A stretch of 64,000 nucleotides of DNA from Acutalibacteraceae bacterium (GTDB taxonomy: Bacteria; Bacillota; Clostridia; Oscillospirales; Acutalibacteraceae), in contig JAZNPE010000048.1 in assembly GCA_045589535.1 (NCBI GenBank), positions 17,237 to 81,236 on the forward strand, read 5' to 3'. This document shows, piece after piece, positions 49,817 through 59,323 of the stretch. The notes under the pieces are model-generated. The model ran no database searches, had not been told where the DNA came from, and saw only the letters and a program-made list of their open reading frames with translations. The number at the start of each line of letters is the position of its first letter. Positions within the stretch are counted from its first letter, which is position 1. The position numbers were made by a program, and so were the translations under genes.

Positions 49817-52084
49817 TTAAAGCTTATTTCTTATGATCTTTCCGCTGATAGTCTTCGGAAGCTCTGTTCTGAATTCGACTATTCTCGGATACTTGTAAGG
49901 TGCTGTATGCTCCTTAACATATTTCTGGATTTCCTTCTTGAGTTCTTCCGTAGGCGCTGTGCCCTTTGTAAGAACGACGCTTGCCTTTACAACCTGACCT
50001 CTGATTTCATCGGGTGCAGCCGAAACACCGCATTCAAGAACATAAGGAAGCTCCATAATAACATTTTCAATTTCGAACGGTCCGATACGGTAACCGGATG
50101 ACTTGATAACGTCGTCAATTCTGCCGACATACCAGTAGTAACCGTCTTCGTCTGCCCACGCTGTATCACCTGTATGATAATAACCGTCATACATAACATC
50201 GTTGGTTGCTTCTTCGTTGAGATAATATCCGATAAACAAACCGCAAGGCACCTTGTCACTTGTTCTGATACAGATTTCGCCGGTCTCACCGAGATCTGCC
50301 GGTGTTCCGTCCGGACGGAGAATCTGGATATCGTAAAGCGGAACAGGTTTACCCATTGAACCGGGCTTCGGATTCATACCTGTAAGATTTGCAATGGAAA
50401 GCGTTGTTTCGGTCTGTCCGAAGCCCTCCATAAGCGTAAGTCCCGTTGCGTTATAGAACTGTTTGAATACTTCGGGGTTCAGAGCCTCACCGGCAACTGT
50501 TGCGTGCTTGATGGAGCTGAGATCGTACTTGCTGATATCCTGCTTGATAAGCATTCTGTACATTGTCGGAGGTGCACAGAATGTTGAAATCTGATACTTT
50601 GCGAACAACGGAAGGATATCTGCAGCATCGAAACGATCGAAGTCATAGGTAAAGATTGAGCCTTCGCAGAGCCACTGACCGTAGAGTTTACCCCAGAGTG
50701 CCTTACCCCAACCTGTTTCGGAGATTGTAAAGTGAAGTCCGTCCTTGCTTACACAATGCCAGTACTTAGCAGTAATGTAATGACCGAGAGGATATTTATA
50801 GCTGTGTGTTGCGATTTTGGGATAACCCGTTGTACCTGATGTAAAAAGCATAAGCATCGGGTCGTCACCGCACGGTGAATCCTCTTCTCTTCTGTAACGA
50901 CGGCTGAAAAGGCAATACTCTTCGTCGAAGTTATGCCATCCCTCTCTTGTGCCGTTAACAATAATTTTATTTTTAAGTGTTCCTGTTACTGCGTCTGCAA
51001 GCTCAGCCTGTCTTGCCGTGTCGCCGTCTGCTGTACAGATGATTGTTGAAACGTTTGCCGCCTTGAATCTGTATTCAAAGTCATGCTGAACAAGAAGATT
51101 TGTTGCAGGAATTGCAATCGCACCGATTTTATGAAGACCAAGGATTGCAAACCAGAACTGATAATGACGCTTCATAACAAGCATTACAGTATCACCCTTC
51201 TTGATACCGAGTGACCTGAAATAGTTTGCAGCCTGGCTCGAATGCTCTTTGATGTCTTTATAAGTGAAGATTCTTTCGTTCTTATCCTTATCAAGGTGAA
51301 TCATAGCACGCTTGTCAGGTGACTTTCTGCCGATGTTATCCACGATATCAAAAGCAAAATTGAAAGTATCTGCATTATTGAAATCGATTGAAACGAGGTT
51401 TCCGTTTTCGTCCTCAACAGCATCAATGTACTTTTCGCATACAAGACTGCCCGAAGTTTTTGTGCCCTTGACTGCTCTGTCGTGAACAATCTTTTCAACA
51501 GGTTCATCGGTTGCCATGATCATCGCAAGGAAAACGCAGTCTCTGCCTTCAACAGCAATCATACCGTGAGGTGTTGAGCTGTTGTAGTAAATGCTGTCAC
51601 CCTCTTCAAGGATTTCCTCATGGTTACCGATTCTGACCTTGAGCTTACCGCTGATAACAAGGTCAAACTCCTGACCTGCATGAGTTGTTGTATGAATCGG
51701 CTGATTTTCAAGCTCAGCTGAATACTCGTAACGTACCATATACGGATCCGAAAGTCTTTTTCTGAATTTCGGAGCAAGGTTTTTGATTTCGATACCGTTT
51801 TCACTTGCAGTCGTCTGACCCTTGCCCTTTCTTGTTACCGTATAAGATGTAAGAACGGCACTGTGTCCTTCAAGAAGGTCAGTAAGACCGATATCAAAAG
51901 CAAGAGCACACTTATGCACAAAAGTAAACGGAAGATCTACTTCTCCTGCTTCATAAACATTATACTGTTCAACAGATACTTCTGTTTTTTCAGCCATTTC
52001 TTCTACACTGAAGCCGCAGATATCGCGCATTTCCTTAATTCGCTGTGCAACCTCGTAGAGCTTATTTGTTGTGTTGTTTTCCAT
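49817..52084 (-). CDS. fusion protein: XRE HTH, cupin and AMP-forming acyl-CoA synthetase
   Basis: 755 aa. N-terminal HTH (LYEVAQRIKEMRDICGFSVEEMAEKTEVS), cupin (GDSIYYNSSTPHGM) and AMP-binding motif LFTSGTTGYPK. RBS AGGAGG. Confidence 0.75.
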   Translation of the reverse strand: MENNTTNKLYEVAQRIKEMRDICGFSVEEMAEKTEVSVEQYNVYEAGEVDLPFTFVHKCALAFDIGLTDLLEGHSAVLTSYTVTRKGKGQTTASENGIEIKNLAPKFRKRLSDPYMVRYEYSAELENQPIHTTTHAGQEFDLVISGKLKVRIGNHEEILEEGDSIYYNSSTPHGMIAVEGRDCVFLAMIMATDEPVEKIVHDRAVKGTKTSGSLVCEKYIDAVEDENGNLVSIDFNNADTFNFAFDIVDNIGRKSPDKRAMIHLDKDKNERIFTYKDIKEHSSQAANYFRSLGIKKGDTVMLVMKRHYQFWFAILGLHKIGAIAIPATNLLVQHDFEYRFKAANVSTIICTADGDTARQAELADAVTGTLKNKIIVNGTREGWHNFDEEYCLFSRRYRREEDSPCGDDPMLMLFTSGTTGYPKIATHSYKYPLGHYITAKYWHCVSKDGLHFTISETGWGKALWGKLYGQWLCEGSIFTYDFDRFDAADILPLFAKYQISTFCAPPTMYRMLIKQDISKYDLSSIKHATVAGEALNPEVFKQFYNATGLTLMEGFGQTETTLSIANLTGMNPKPGSMGKPVPLYDIQILRPDGTPADLGETGEICIRTSDKVPCGLFIGYYLNEEATNDVMYDGYYHTGDTAWADEDGYYWYVGRIDDVIKSSGYRIGPFEIENVIMELPYVLECGVSAAPDEIRGQVVKASVVLTKGTAPTEELKKEIQKYVKEHTAPYKYPRIVEFRTELPKTISGKIIRNKL

Positions 52085-52111
52085 AAAATTACCTCCTTTT
52101 TTGTGACTTTG

Positions 52112-52408
52112 AGGAAATAAAAAACCGTCTCAAAGTCTTTAAAAACTTTGAGACGGAAAATAAAATCCGCGGTACCACTCAAATTGCACTCAGCTATTGC
52201 TTTGTGCCACTCATCAGGGTCAGCCAACCCCTTAACACTAACGTAGTCATACGGAAGAAACTATTTGCACTAAGCTTTCATCTCTTCGGCTCAGAAGTGA
52301 TAGGTTATACCCGCCCGAAACTGTCGGTCTCGCACCATCCGCCGACTCTCTTGAAGTTTCAAAAACGTAACCGTCTTCGTCACAGCCTTTATAAACAATT
52401 ACTTGTTG
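52112..52408 (-). promoter_or_regulatory. T-box riboswitch leader, probable Ile specifier (AUC at 52299-52301)
   Basis: Minus strand shows the CAAGAGAG AG-bulge motif, a GGTGCGAG distal loop, and U-AUC-A just before the lower helix CTTC/GAAG next to a TGA...GA K-turn. The T-box motif GTGGTACCGCGG is at 52167-52178. The terminator CCGTCTCAAAG...CTTTGAGACGG is followed by TTTTT (52115-52156). Confidence 0.75.
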
Positions 52409-52414
52409 CGATAC

Positions 52415-52443
52415 ATTATAAACTTATTATACATCATTTTCAA
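52415..52443 (-). promoter_or_regulatory. candidate internal promoter ahead of the Ile T-box
   Basis: Minus strand TTGAAA, 17 nt spacer, TATAAT. A second overlapping TATAAT lies 11 nt upstream. Confidence 0.45.
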
Positions 52444-52488
52444 GATACAGTTTGTAATTTATTCATTACATCTTGTAATATATGATGT

Positions 52489-54996
52489 TTATGCGGTTAC
52501 AACTGAATTTGCTTTCTGCAAGCCGTATTTTTCAACAGCCATTTCACGCATTTTATACTTAAGAATCTTACCTGCGGCATTCATCGGGAATTCCTTGACG
52601 AAGTCGATATACTTCGGCACCTTGTGCTTAGCCATATGGTCAAGAACATACTGCTTCATTTCTTCAACAGTCATCTCCTCGCCCTCATGAAGGATGATAC
52701 AAGCCATAATCTCTTCACCGAGACCCTCATCAGGCACACCGATAACCTGGACATCCTTGACTTTATCGTGCGTATAAATAAACTCTTCTATTTCCTTCGG
52801 ATAGATATTCTCACCGCCACGGATAATCATATCCTTAAGTCTGCCCGTAATCTTGAAATTACCGTCGGGGGTTCTGCAAGCAAGGTCACCCGTATGAAGC
52901 CAGCCGTCCTTATCGATAGCCTCAGCAGTAGCCTTCGGCATCTTGTAGTATCCCTTCATAATGTTGTAACCTCTTGCAACGAATTCACCGTTGACATTAT
53001 CAGGACATTCAAGACCTGTTTCGGGATCGATTACCTTACACTCAATCTTCGGCAAGGCTCTGCCGACTGTTGCAACACGAACCTCAAGCGGGTCATCCGT
53101 ACTTGACATTGTACAGCCCGGTGAAGCTTCCGTCTGACCGTAAACGATTGTAATTTCCTTCATATTCATCTTGTCAACAACTTCGCGCATCTTTGCAATC
53201 GGACAGGGTGAACCTGCCATAATACCTGTTCTGACATAAGAGAAATCTGTCTTTTCAAAATCAGGATGCTGAAGCATCGCGATAAACATTGTCGGAACGC
53301 CGTGGAAAGCAGTAATTCTTTCATTATTTACACAGGCAAGCGATGATTTGGGCGAGAAATACGGCAAAGGAAGCACCGTACCGCCGTGAGTCATTGTTGC
53401 TGTCATTGCAAGAACCATACCGAAGCAATGGAACATCGGAACCTGAATCATCATTCTGTCCGCTGTTGAAAGATCCATTCTGTCACCGATACACTTACCG
53501 TTATTGACAACGTTATAGTGAGTAAGCATAACGCCCTTCGGGAAGCCTGTTGTACCTGAGGTGTACTGCATATTACATACGTCATCCTTTTTAACAAGAG
53601 ATGCCATACGGTAAACTTCCTCAACAGGTACCTGAGAAGACTTTTCAAGTGCTTCATTCCATGTCATACAGCCTTTCTGCTCATATCCGACTGTGATGAT
53701 GTTACGAAGGAACGGAAGCTTCTTTGAATGAAGCTGTTCACCCGGCTTAAGTGTTTCAAGCTCGGGGCAGAGTTCTGCCATAATCTCGTCGTAGTGAGAA
53801 TCTCTGTAACCCTGTACCATAACGAGAGTATGTGTATCAGACTGTCTGAAAAGGTACTCTGCTTCGTGGATTTTGTAAGCTGTGTTGACCGTTACAAGAA
53901 CTGCACCGATTTTAGTTGCTGCCCAGAATGCGATATACCACTGCGGTACATTAGTTGCCCATACAGCAACGTGAGTACCTGCCTTTACACCCATAGCAAT
54001 GAGTGCACGTGCGAAGGTATCAACGTCGTCACGGAATTCCGAGTATGTTCTTGTATAGTCAAGTGTCGTATATTTGAACGCAAGCTGGTCAGGGAATTCT
54101 TCAACCATTGTGTCAAGAACCTGAGAGAAGGTCTTTTCAATAAGCTCTTCCTTTTCCCATACAAACTTACCTGTTCTTGTTTTATTATAAAAATACTTTT
54201 TATTGCTCTTTGTGCTGCCCATAGCTTCCATAAAGCTTTCATAATGGGTAAGGATGATTTCAAGGTCATCAATCTCGCTCATCCATTCGGGATTCCACTC
54301 AATACAAACGAAACCTGCATAGTTGATTGAGCGAAGAGCATTTGTCATTTCCTCAACAGGGAGCTTACCCTCACCTATGAGAGTGTGTCTGCCGTATTCT
54401 TCAGCATCTGTCATATGCACAAGCTTTACATACGCACCGAGGTTTTTGATTGTCTTCTCGGCATCCTCTCTTGCTTTGAAGAAGGTTTCGTACATATTCC
54501 AGTCTGCGCCTATATAATCGCTTGCAAAGAAGTTGAGAAGCTCGCAGAGCTTGTCTGTATCAGCGTAAATGCCGACAGTTTCAACAAGAAGAACGACGTT
54601 ATTTTTCTCGCAAAGGCTGATTACGTCTGCCATAAAATCAGTAACATAGCTTACTGCATCTTCGTCGTCGCTTTCAGCGTAAACCTTGATGTATGAAACG
54701 TTTATATTTCTTGCAACAGCAACTGCTGCTTCGATTTTTTTCATAACCTCTTGGGCATTTTCTTTGTCTGCAACGTTACAGTCAACATCGATACAGGCAA
54801 TCGCTTTCTTTGCATTGATAAGGGTGCGCTTTGTTACGGATGCCATATCGGGGCTGAAGGGAGAAGCCTTGCCCGAAAAAGCATCTGCCTTGATATCGTG
54901 AATTTCTATTCCTTCATAGCGAAGCTCCTCGGCAATCTTAAGAAAATCGCCAAGACACGATGCTTTATGGAATTTTGTTGAAAAAGCTAAATTCAC
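52489..54996 (-). CDS. fusion protein: xylose-isomerase-like TIM barrel plus AMP-forming acyl-CoA ligase
   Basis: 835 aa. GTG start behind GAGGAGGAA. The N-terminal ~260 aa resemble sugar-phosphate isomerase/AP-endonuclease-2 TIM barrels. The C-terminal part has the YTSGTTGFPKGV AMP-binding motif. Confidence 0.65.
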   Translation of the reverse strand: MNLAFSTKFHKASCLGDFLKIAEELRYEGIEIHDIKADAFSGKASPFSPDMASVTKRTLINAKKAIACIDVDCNVADKENAQEVMKKIEAAVAVARNINVSYIKVYAESDDEDAVSYVTDFMADVISLCEKNNVVLLVETVGIYADTDKLCELLNFFASDYIGADWNMYETFFKAREDAEKTIKNLGAYVKLVHMTDAEEYGRHTLIGEGKLPVEEMTNALRSINYAGFVCIEWNPEWMSEIDDLEIILTHYESFMEAMGSTKSNKKYFYNKTRTGKFVWEKEELIEKTFSQVLDTMVEEFPDQLAFKYTTLDYTRTYSEFRDDVDTFARALIAMGVKAGTHVAVWATNVPQWYIAFWAATKIGAVLVTVNTAYKIHEAEYLFRQSDTHTLVMVQGYRDSHYDEIMAELCPELETLKPGEQLHSKKLPFLRNIITVGYEQKGCMTWNEALEKSSQVPVEEVYRMASLVKKDDVCNMQYTSGTTGFPKGVMLTHYNVVNNGKCIGDRMDLSTADRMMIQVPMFHCFGMVLAMTATMTHGGTVLPLPYFSPKSSLACVNNERITAFHGVPTMFIAMLQHPDFEKTDFSYVRTGIMAGSPCPIAKMREVVDKMNMKEITIVYGQTEASPGCTMSSTDDPLEVRVATVGRALPKIECKVIDPETGLECPDNVNGEFVARGYNIMKGYYKMPKATAEAIDKDGWLHTGDLACRTPDGNFKITGRLKDMIIRGGENIYPKEIEEFIYTHDKVKDVQVIGVPDEGLGEEIMACIILHEGEEMTVEEMKQYVLDHMAKHKVPKYIDFVKEFPMNAAGKILKYKMREMAVEKYGLQKANSVVTA

Positions 54997-54998
54997 TT

Positions 54999-56414
54999 TT
55001 ATTCCTCCTCGTAGGCGATTTTATTAAGTGCGCTTACGTAAGCTCTGATACTTGCTCCGATAACGTCTGTTGAGATACCTGTACCTGAATAGAGCTTACC
55101 GCTTGCTGAGCGAAGCTTAACGAGAGCCGAGCCCATAGCTTCACGACCTTCGGTTACTGACTTAATTTGGAAATCGTCAAGCTCGTAGTGATGTCCGATA
55201 ATATGCTCAATTGCAAGGAATGCTGCGTCAATCGGTCCGTCACCAACGCTTACACCACTCATCGGCTCGCCGTCTTTGAGAAGGCGGATGTTAGCTGTTG
55301 CGGTGATAACGTTACCGCTGTTGATAACATAGCTTTCAATTGTATATGTTGCAGGTACCTGAAGTGCAGTTGAAGCGATGATAGCCTCAAGCTCCTTTGT
55401 GCCGACAAATTCTTTTTTTGCCGCAACACGCTTGAATGCTTCATATACTTTTGAGTTATCCTCTTCGGAAAGATCATAACCAATCTTCTTAACTGCCTTG
55501 ATAACTGTTGAGATTGTATCGTTCTTATCAAGAGTGAGTGATTCTGCATTATCGTTCACACCGTTTTCAAAGGGTGAATTTTCGCTCTTTGTTGTGTTAA
55601 CCATTCTCTTCATCTGGTTAACAACTCTTGAAAGCTCTGTTGTACGGATTTTGCTTGAAACACCGTTTGAATCACCGCGGAGCTTGAACACGTTCATTAC
55701 GTCTTCAATTGATGGGAAGCTGAAACCTTCAACAGTTGTCTTAATCTCTCCTGCTCCTGCGCTGATTGCTGAAAATGCGCAGGCAACAGCCATATTGAGC
55801 TGGTCGCTGAGTTCAACAGAGAAAGTTACATCCTTCATTTCGGGAATATTTTCAAAAACAGCCTTTACGAAATCGTAAATTTCAGACGGCATAATTGTTC
55901 CTTCTGAATCACAGATGTTAATGCGCTTTGCACCTGCCGCGATTGCGGCACGGATTACATCATAGAGGAATTCCTTCTCTGCTCTGATTGCATCCTCAGC
56001 AGAAAACTCAACGTTGTCTGAATATTTCTTACACTCAGCTATAAGTGAAGCAACCATTTCCTTTACAACGGGAGGCTTCTTACCGCATTTATATTCCATC
56101 TGAACTGCAGAAACAGGAACACTTACCTTAAGAGAAGCCTTCTTTGCAGCCTTAACGCTGTTCCACGCTGTTTCAACGCTTTCAGCGGTCATGCCAACAG
56201 GAACACATACTTCAGAATGCTTCATAAGTGACGCGATCGTCTTAATCAAGAGAACATCTGTAGATACATTTTTAATTTCAGGCATTTCAATGCTGTTGAA
56301 ATGTAGCTTATCCATTAGCTTTGCCATTTCAATTTTCTCTTTAAAGCTGAGTGAATGGTCTGCAGAATTTGCACACTCTCTCAATGTTATGTCTGATACA
56401 TGAATCTTTCTCAT
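54999..56414 (-). CDS. 2-isopropylmalate synthase-like protein with substituted catalytic metal ligands
   Basis: About 471 aa from the ATG at 56414, behind AGGAG. Aligns by eye to LeuA, including the C-terminal regulatory domain (GDGPIDAAFLAIE, GISTDVIGASIRAYVSALNKI). However, TLRDGEQ is TLRECAN and HCHND is VELSD. Confidence 0.6.
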   Translation of the reverse strand: MRKIHVSDITLRECANSADHSLSFKEKIEMAKLMDKLHFNSIEMPEIKNVSTDVLLIKTIASLMKHSEVCVPVGMTAESVETAWNSVKAAKKASLKVSVPVSAVQMEYKCGKKPPVVKEMVASLIAECKKYSDNVEFSAEDAIRAEKEFLYDVIRAAIAAGAKRINICDSEGTIMPSEIYDFVKAVFENIPEMKDVTFSVELSDQLNMAVACAFSAISAGAGEIKTTVEGFSFPSIEDVMNVFKLRGDSNGVSSKIRTTELSRVVNQMKRMVNTTKSENSPFENGVNDNAESLTLDKNDTISTVIKAVKKIGYDLSEEDNSKVYEAFKRVAAKKEFVGTKELEAIIASTALQVPATYTIESYVINSGNVITATANIRLLKDGEPMSGVSVGDGPIDAAFLAIEHIIGHHYELDDFQIKSVTEGREAMGSALVKLRSASGKLYSGTGISTDVIGASIRAYVSALNKIAYEEE

Positions 56415-56432
56415 AAATATTCTCCTTATCAT

Positions 56433-56708
56433 AAAAAAATCCCTGAAACACTCTGTGCTTCAGGGACGATAAACAAATTTACCGTGGTACCACCCGGATT
56501 GCTGAAAAACAGCCACTCTTCGGATTCTTTCAAATCCTAAGCTATGATAACGGTGCTTGCCGTGACTCCTTATGCAGTAAAAAACGGTTAGGGAGCCAAG
56601 CTCAGATACGAGACAGCCTAAACTTTCAAATACTGACTTTCACCAGCCGTCAGCTCTCTGCAAAATTACGGAAAAGGCTTAATATCTTCAAAGCTTTTCA
56701 AAAATATT
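56433..56708 (-). promoter_or_regulatory. T-box riboswitch leader, probable Leu specifier (CUC at 56610-56612)
   Basis: Minus strand shows GCAGAGAG, a GGTGAAAG distal loop, and GU-CUC-G before the lower helix TATCT/AGATA next to a TGA...GA K-turn. The T-box motif GGGTGGTACCACGG is at 56482-56495. The terminator TCCCTGAAGCAC...GTTTCAGGGA is followed by TTTTTTT (56433-56466). Confidence 0.75.
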
Positions 56709-56714
56709 GAAAAT

Positions 56715-56743
56715 ATTATATATTTACGTACATTTTTTGTAAA
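56715..56743 (-). promoter_or_regulatory. candidate promoter ahead of the Leu T-box
   Basis: Minus strand TTTACA, 17 nt spacer, TATAAT. It overlaps a weak AT-rich hairpin (56745-56768) after rhaD. Confidence 0.5.
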
Positions 56744-56769
56744 TAGACAAAACCACTGTTTTGTCTAAA

Positions 56770-57591
56770 TTATTTTAAAAGGTCCGCATTGAGTGTCTGA
56801 CCGTAAGCAGCAGCAACATCAATAAGGCCCTGGTCCTCAATTGTCTGACGGATGGGCTGACCGAGAGAGAGGATTCTGCAGTAAATTTCTGCCGACTTCT
56901 CGATTGTGTGCATAAGACCGTATGCGTTGTCAAATGTGTCGCCTGATACAAAAAGACCGTGGTGAGCCCATACAACTGCATCATATGTTTTAAGAAGCTC
57001 ACAGGTTCTGTGTGCGATTTCTGCACCGCCCGGAATCATCCATTCAACAACACCTACGCCGTTAGGGAAAATAATCGGACATTCTGTCATGCTCTGCCAG
57101 AGAACCTTTGAGAAAGCCTCTGATGTGAGAGGAAGAACGAATGTGAGAGCGATGATGTTAACGGGATGTGCGTGGTAGATAACACGGCACTTGCCGTCTG
57201 TTGCAGCAACGCGAACGCTGTGGTTCATAAAGTGTGTCGGGAATTCGCTTGTCGGGCCACCGCCGTTAACAAGACCCCAAACAATTCTGTAGCTGTCGCC
57301 TGCATCGTTGATTTCAACAATACAGATATTTGCAGCGGGATCAAGGATTGCATTACGGAAGAACTTGCCCGTACCTGTTACCATAAAATACTCATTTTTA
57401 AGGTTATCTGCCTGAACACCCATGTTAACCCAGGGTCTGTCATATGTAAAGTAAGGCTTACAAGCTTCAACTTCTTCGTTTGTCATACGGTATGAAAGGT
57501 TACCGCCGTTTCTTTCGTGCCAACCCTCTGAATAACCGTCGTCACATACTCTTACAAAACTTTTGATTACGTCAAGATCCAAAATACTCAT
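56770..57591 (-). CDS. rhaD: rhamnulose-1-phosphate aldolase
   Basis: 273 aa. Close by-eye match to RhaD (GWHERNGGNLSYR, VTGTGKFFRN, DPAAN, PTSEFPTHF). Confidence 0.85.
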   Translation of the reverse strand: MSILDLDVIKSFVRVCDDGYSEGWHERNGGNLSYRMTNEEVEACKPYFTYDRPWVNMGVQADNLKNEYFMVTGTGKFFRNAILDPAANICIVEINDAGDSYRIVWGLVNGGGPTSEFPTHFMNHSVRVAATDGKCRVIYHAHPVNIIALTFVLPLTSEAFSKVLWQSMTECPIIFPNGVGVVEWMIPGGAEIAHRTCELLKTYDAVVWAHHGLFVSGDTFDNAYGLMHTIEKSAEIYCRILSLGQPIRQTIEDQGLIDVAAAYGQTLNADLLK

Positions 57592-57777
57592 TTTAATATC
57601 TCCTTATTTTTAATTACATATTTTTACCACATAAATATTATCACTACAGAAGAACAATGTCAATATTCAAGAAAAAAGATGTTAATATATTCAGTACTGT
57701 TACAGATATGCTTTACCCTTTACTTTTTTCCTTTAGTGTGTTAAAATCACAAATATAAGTACTTCGGAGGTAGCTTT

Positions 57778-58818
57778 ATGACATGGATGTCCTTCACGCG
57801 GCTTCTCATAGCAATTCTTATGATGCCGTATTATCTTTTTAACTACACTTTCAACGACTATGCCTACCCTGCTTACAGCACGTCGGGCGCATACCTTTTC
57901 TGCTACTTTACGGGAAATGAAATTGAAAACCAGACGCTTCATTTCGCTGTCAGCACGGACGGTTACCACTTCAAGGCGCTCAACAACAACGAGGCCGTCA
58001 TCACGCAGACACTCGGTACAAAATGCGTACGTGACCCGTACATACTCAAAGGTGTTGACGAAAACGGTAAGGACTGCTTCTTCATAATTGCAACGGATAT
58101 GGATGCAGGCCTCGGCTGGCTTTCGAACCACAGCCTTATAACCTGGAAGTCCTATGACCTTGTGAACTGGATTGACGAAACGGTTATCGATATCCGCCAG
58201 TTTGAGGGTTTCGAAAACACAAACAGAGCGTGGGCACCGCAGGCAATCTGGGACGAGAACGTCGGTATGTACATGGTCTATTGGGCAAACTCAACAGTTG
58301 AGAACGACTGCGCAGGTCATTACTACGCATACACCAAGGATTTCAAGACATTTGAAACTGAGCCTCAGGTACTTTTCGGACGTTGGAATGAATATGTTCC
58401 CGAGCGCGACGAAGTGATGAACATTCAGTGCATCGACGGTGACATCATATACAACGAAAAAGACGGTTATTATTACCTCTATTTCAAGGAAGACTTAACA
58501 CAGAAAATTGCCTACGTCAGATCAAAGAATCTTACGGGACCGTACAACACGGATTACACAATCTGCTCGCTCAACTGGTTCGGTGTTGAAGGAAGCTCAA
58601 TGTACCGAATCACGGGTACGGACGCATGGATGATGATTATGGACGAATACGGTAACGGTACATTCTTCGCACAGATGACAAGGGACTTCGAAAACTTCAG
58701 GCAGTTCCAGCGTTCATCAATGGAGATTGACCATCTTAAGCCGCGTCACGGCTCAGTTGTTGCGATAACTGAAGATGAATACAAAACACTTGTTGAACAC
58801 TACGGAGTTCAGGAGTAA
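57778..58818 (+). CDS. glycoside hydrolase family 43-like
   Basis: 346 aa. RBS GGAGG. Contains VRDPYIL and WAPQ motifs, with a beta-propeller-like repeat pattern. Confidence 0.6.
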   Translation: MTWMSFTRLLIAILMMPYYLFNYTFNDYAYPAYSTSGAYLFCYFTGNEIENQTLHFAVSTDGYHFKALNNNEAVITQTLGTKCVRDPYILKGVDENGKDCFFIIATDMDAGLGWLSNHSLITWKSYDLVNWIDETVIDIRQFEGFENTNRAWAPQAIWDENVGMYMVYWANSTVENDCAGHYYAYTKDFKTFETEPQVLFGRWNEYVPERDEVMNIQCIDGDIIYNEKDGYYYLYFKEDLTQKIAYVRSKNLTGPYNTDYTICSLNWFGVEGSSMYRITGTDAWMMIMDEYGNGTFFAQMTRDFENFRQFQRSSMEIDHLKPRHGSVVAITEDEYKTLVEHYGVQE

Positions 58819-58900
58819 TTTAAGGGAAACAGGTATGTGTCAGCACAGATAACATTTCTGCATCCTTATTAAGTGGTTTTGAAAGCAAGAAGGTCAGCTA

Positions 58901-59323
58901 ATGGATCAAATATTATTTAAAATTATTTTCTCGGTTATTGGGATTTTAGCTATACTCATTTCAGGGCTAATTATAGCTTTTGGAAAGAAAAGAGGCTCTT
59001 CCAAATTAATTAAGGACAAACTTTCAAAAAAGAGAAAGACAGAATTTGTTATTATACTGCTTATCTCACTGCTTCTGTCAATTTACACAGGATATATGTC
59101 CTTGGATTTAATAAAAAAAGATTTTGTTGTTTCTGAACTGACTCTTATCAGCAATTCAAGATGTGACTTATTCGGGAAAAATTATATGTTTGATATAGGT
59201 AACGGGAAATATATAAAGCTATCTACATCTGAAAAAGATTGTATTCTGAACGAAGGTGAAGTTTATACAGTCACCTATGCCCACAGAAGTCAGGTTTTAA
59301 TTAGTGTGGATAGTGCTGATTAA
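58901..59323 (+). CDS. small membrane protein, unknown function
   Basis: 140 aa with two hydrophobic helices near the N-terminus. No family recognised. Confidence 0.4.
   Translation: MDQILFKIIFSVIGILAILISGLIIAFGKKRGSSKLIKDKLSKKRKTEFVIILLISLLLSIYTGYMSLDLIKKDFVVSELTLISNSRCDLFGKNYMFDIGNGKYIKLSTSEKDCILNEGEVYTVTYAHRSQVLISVDSAD

Noticed and set aside
57733-58131. 132-aa minus-strand ORF opposite the GH43 gene start
   Set aside because: It is antisense to a well-supported CDS that has a GGAGG RBS. It has no RBS or domain of its own.
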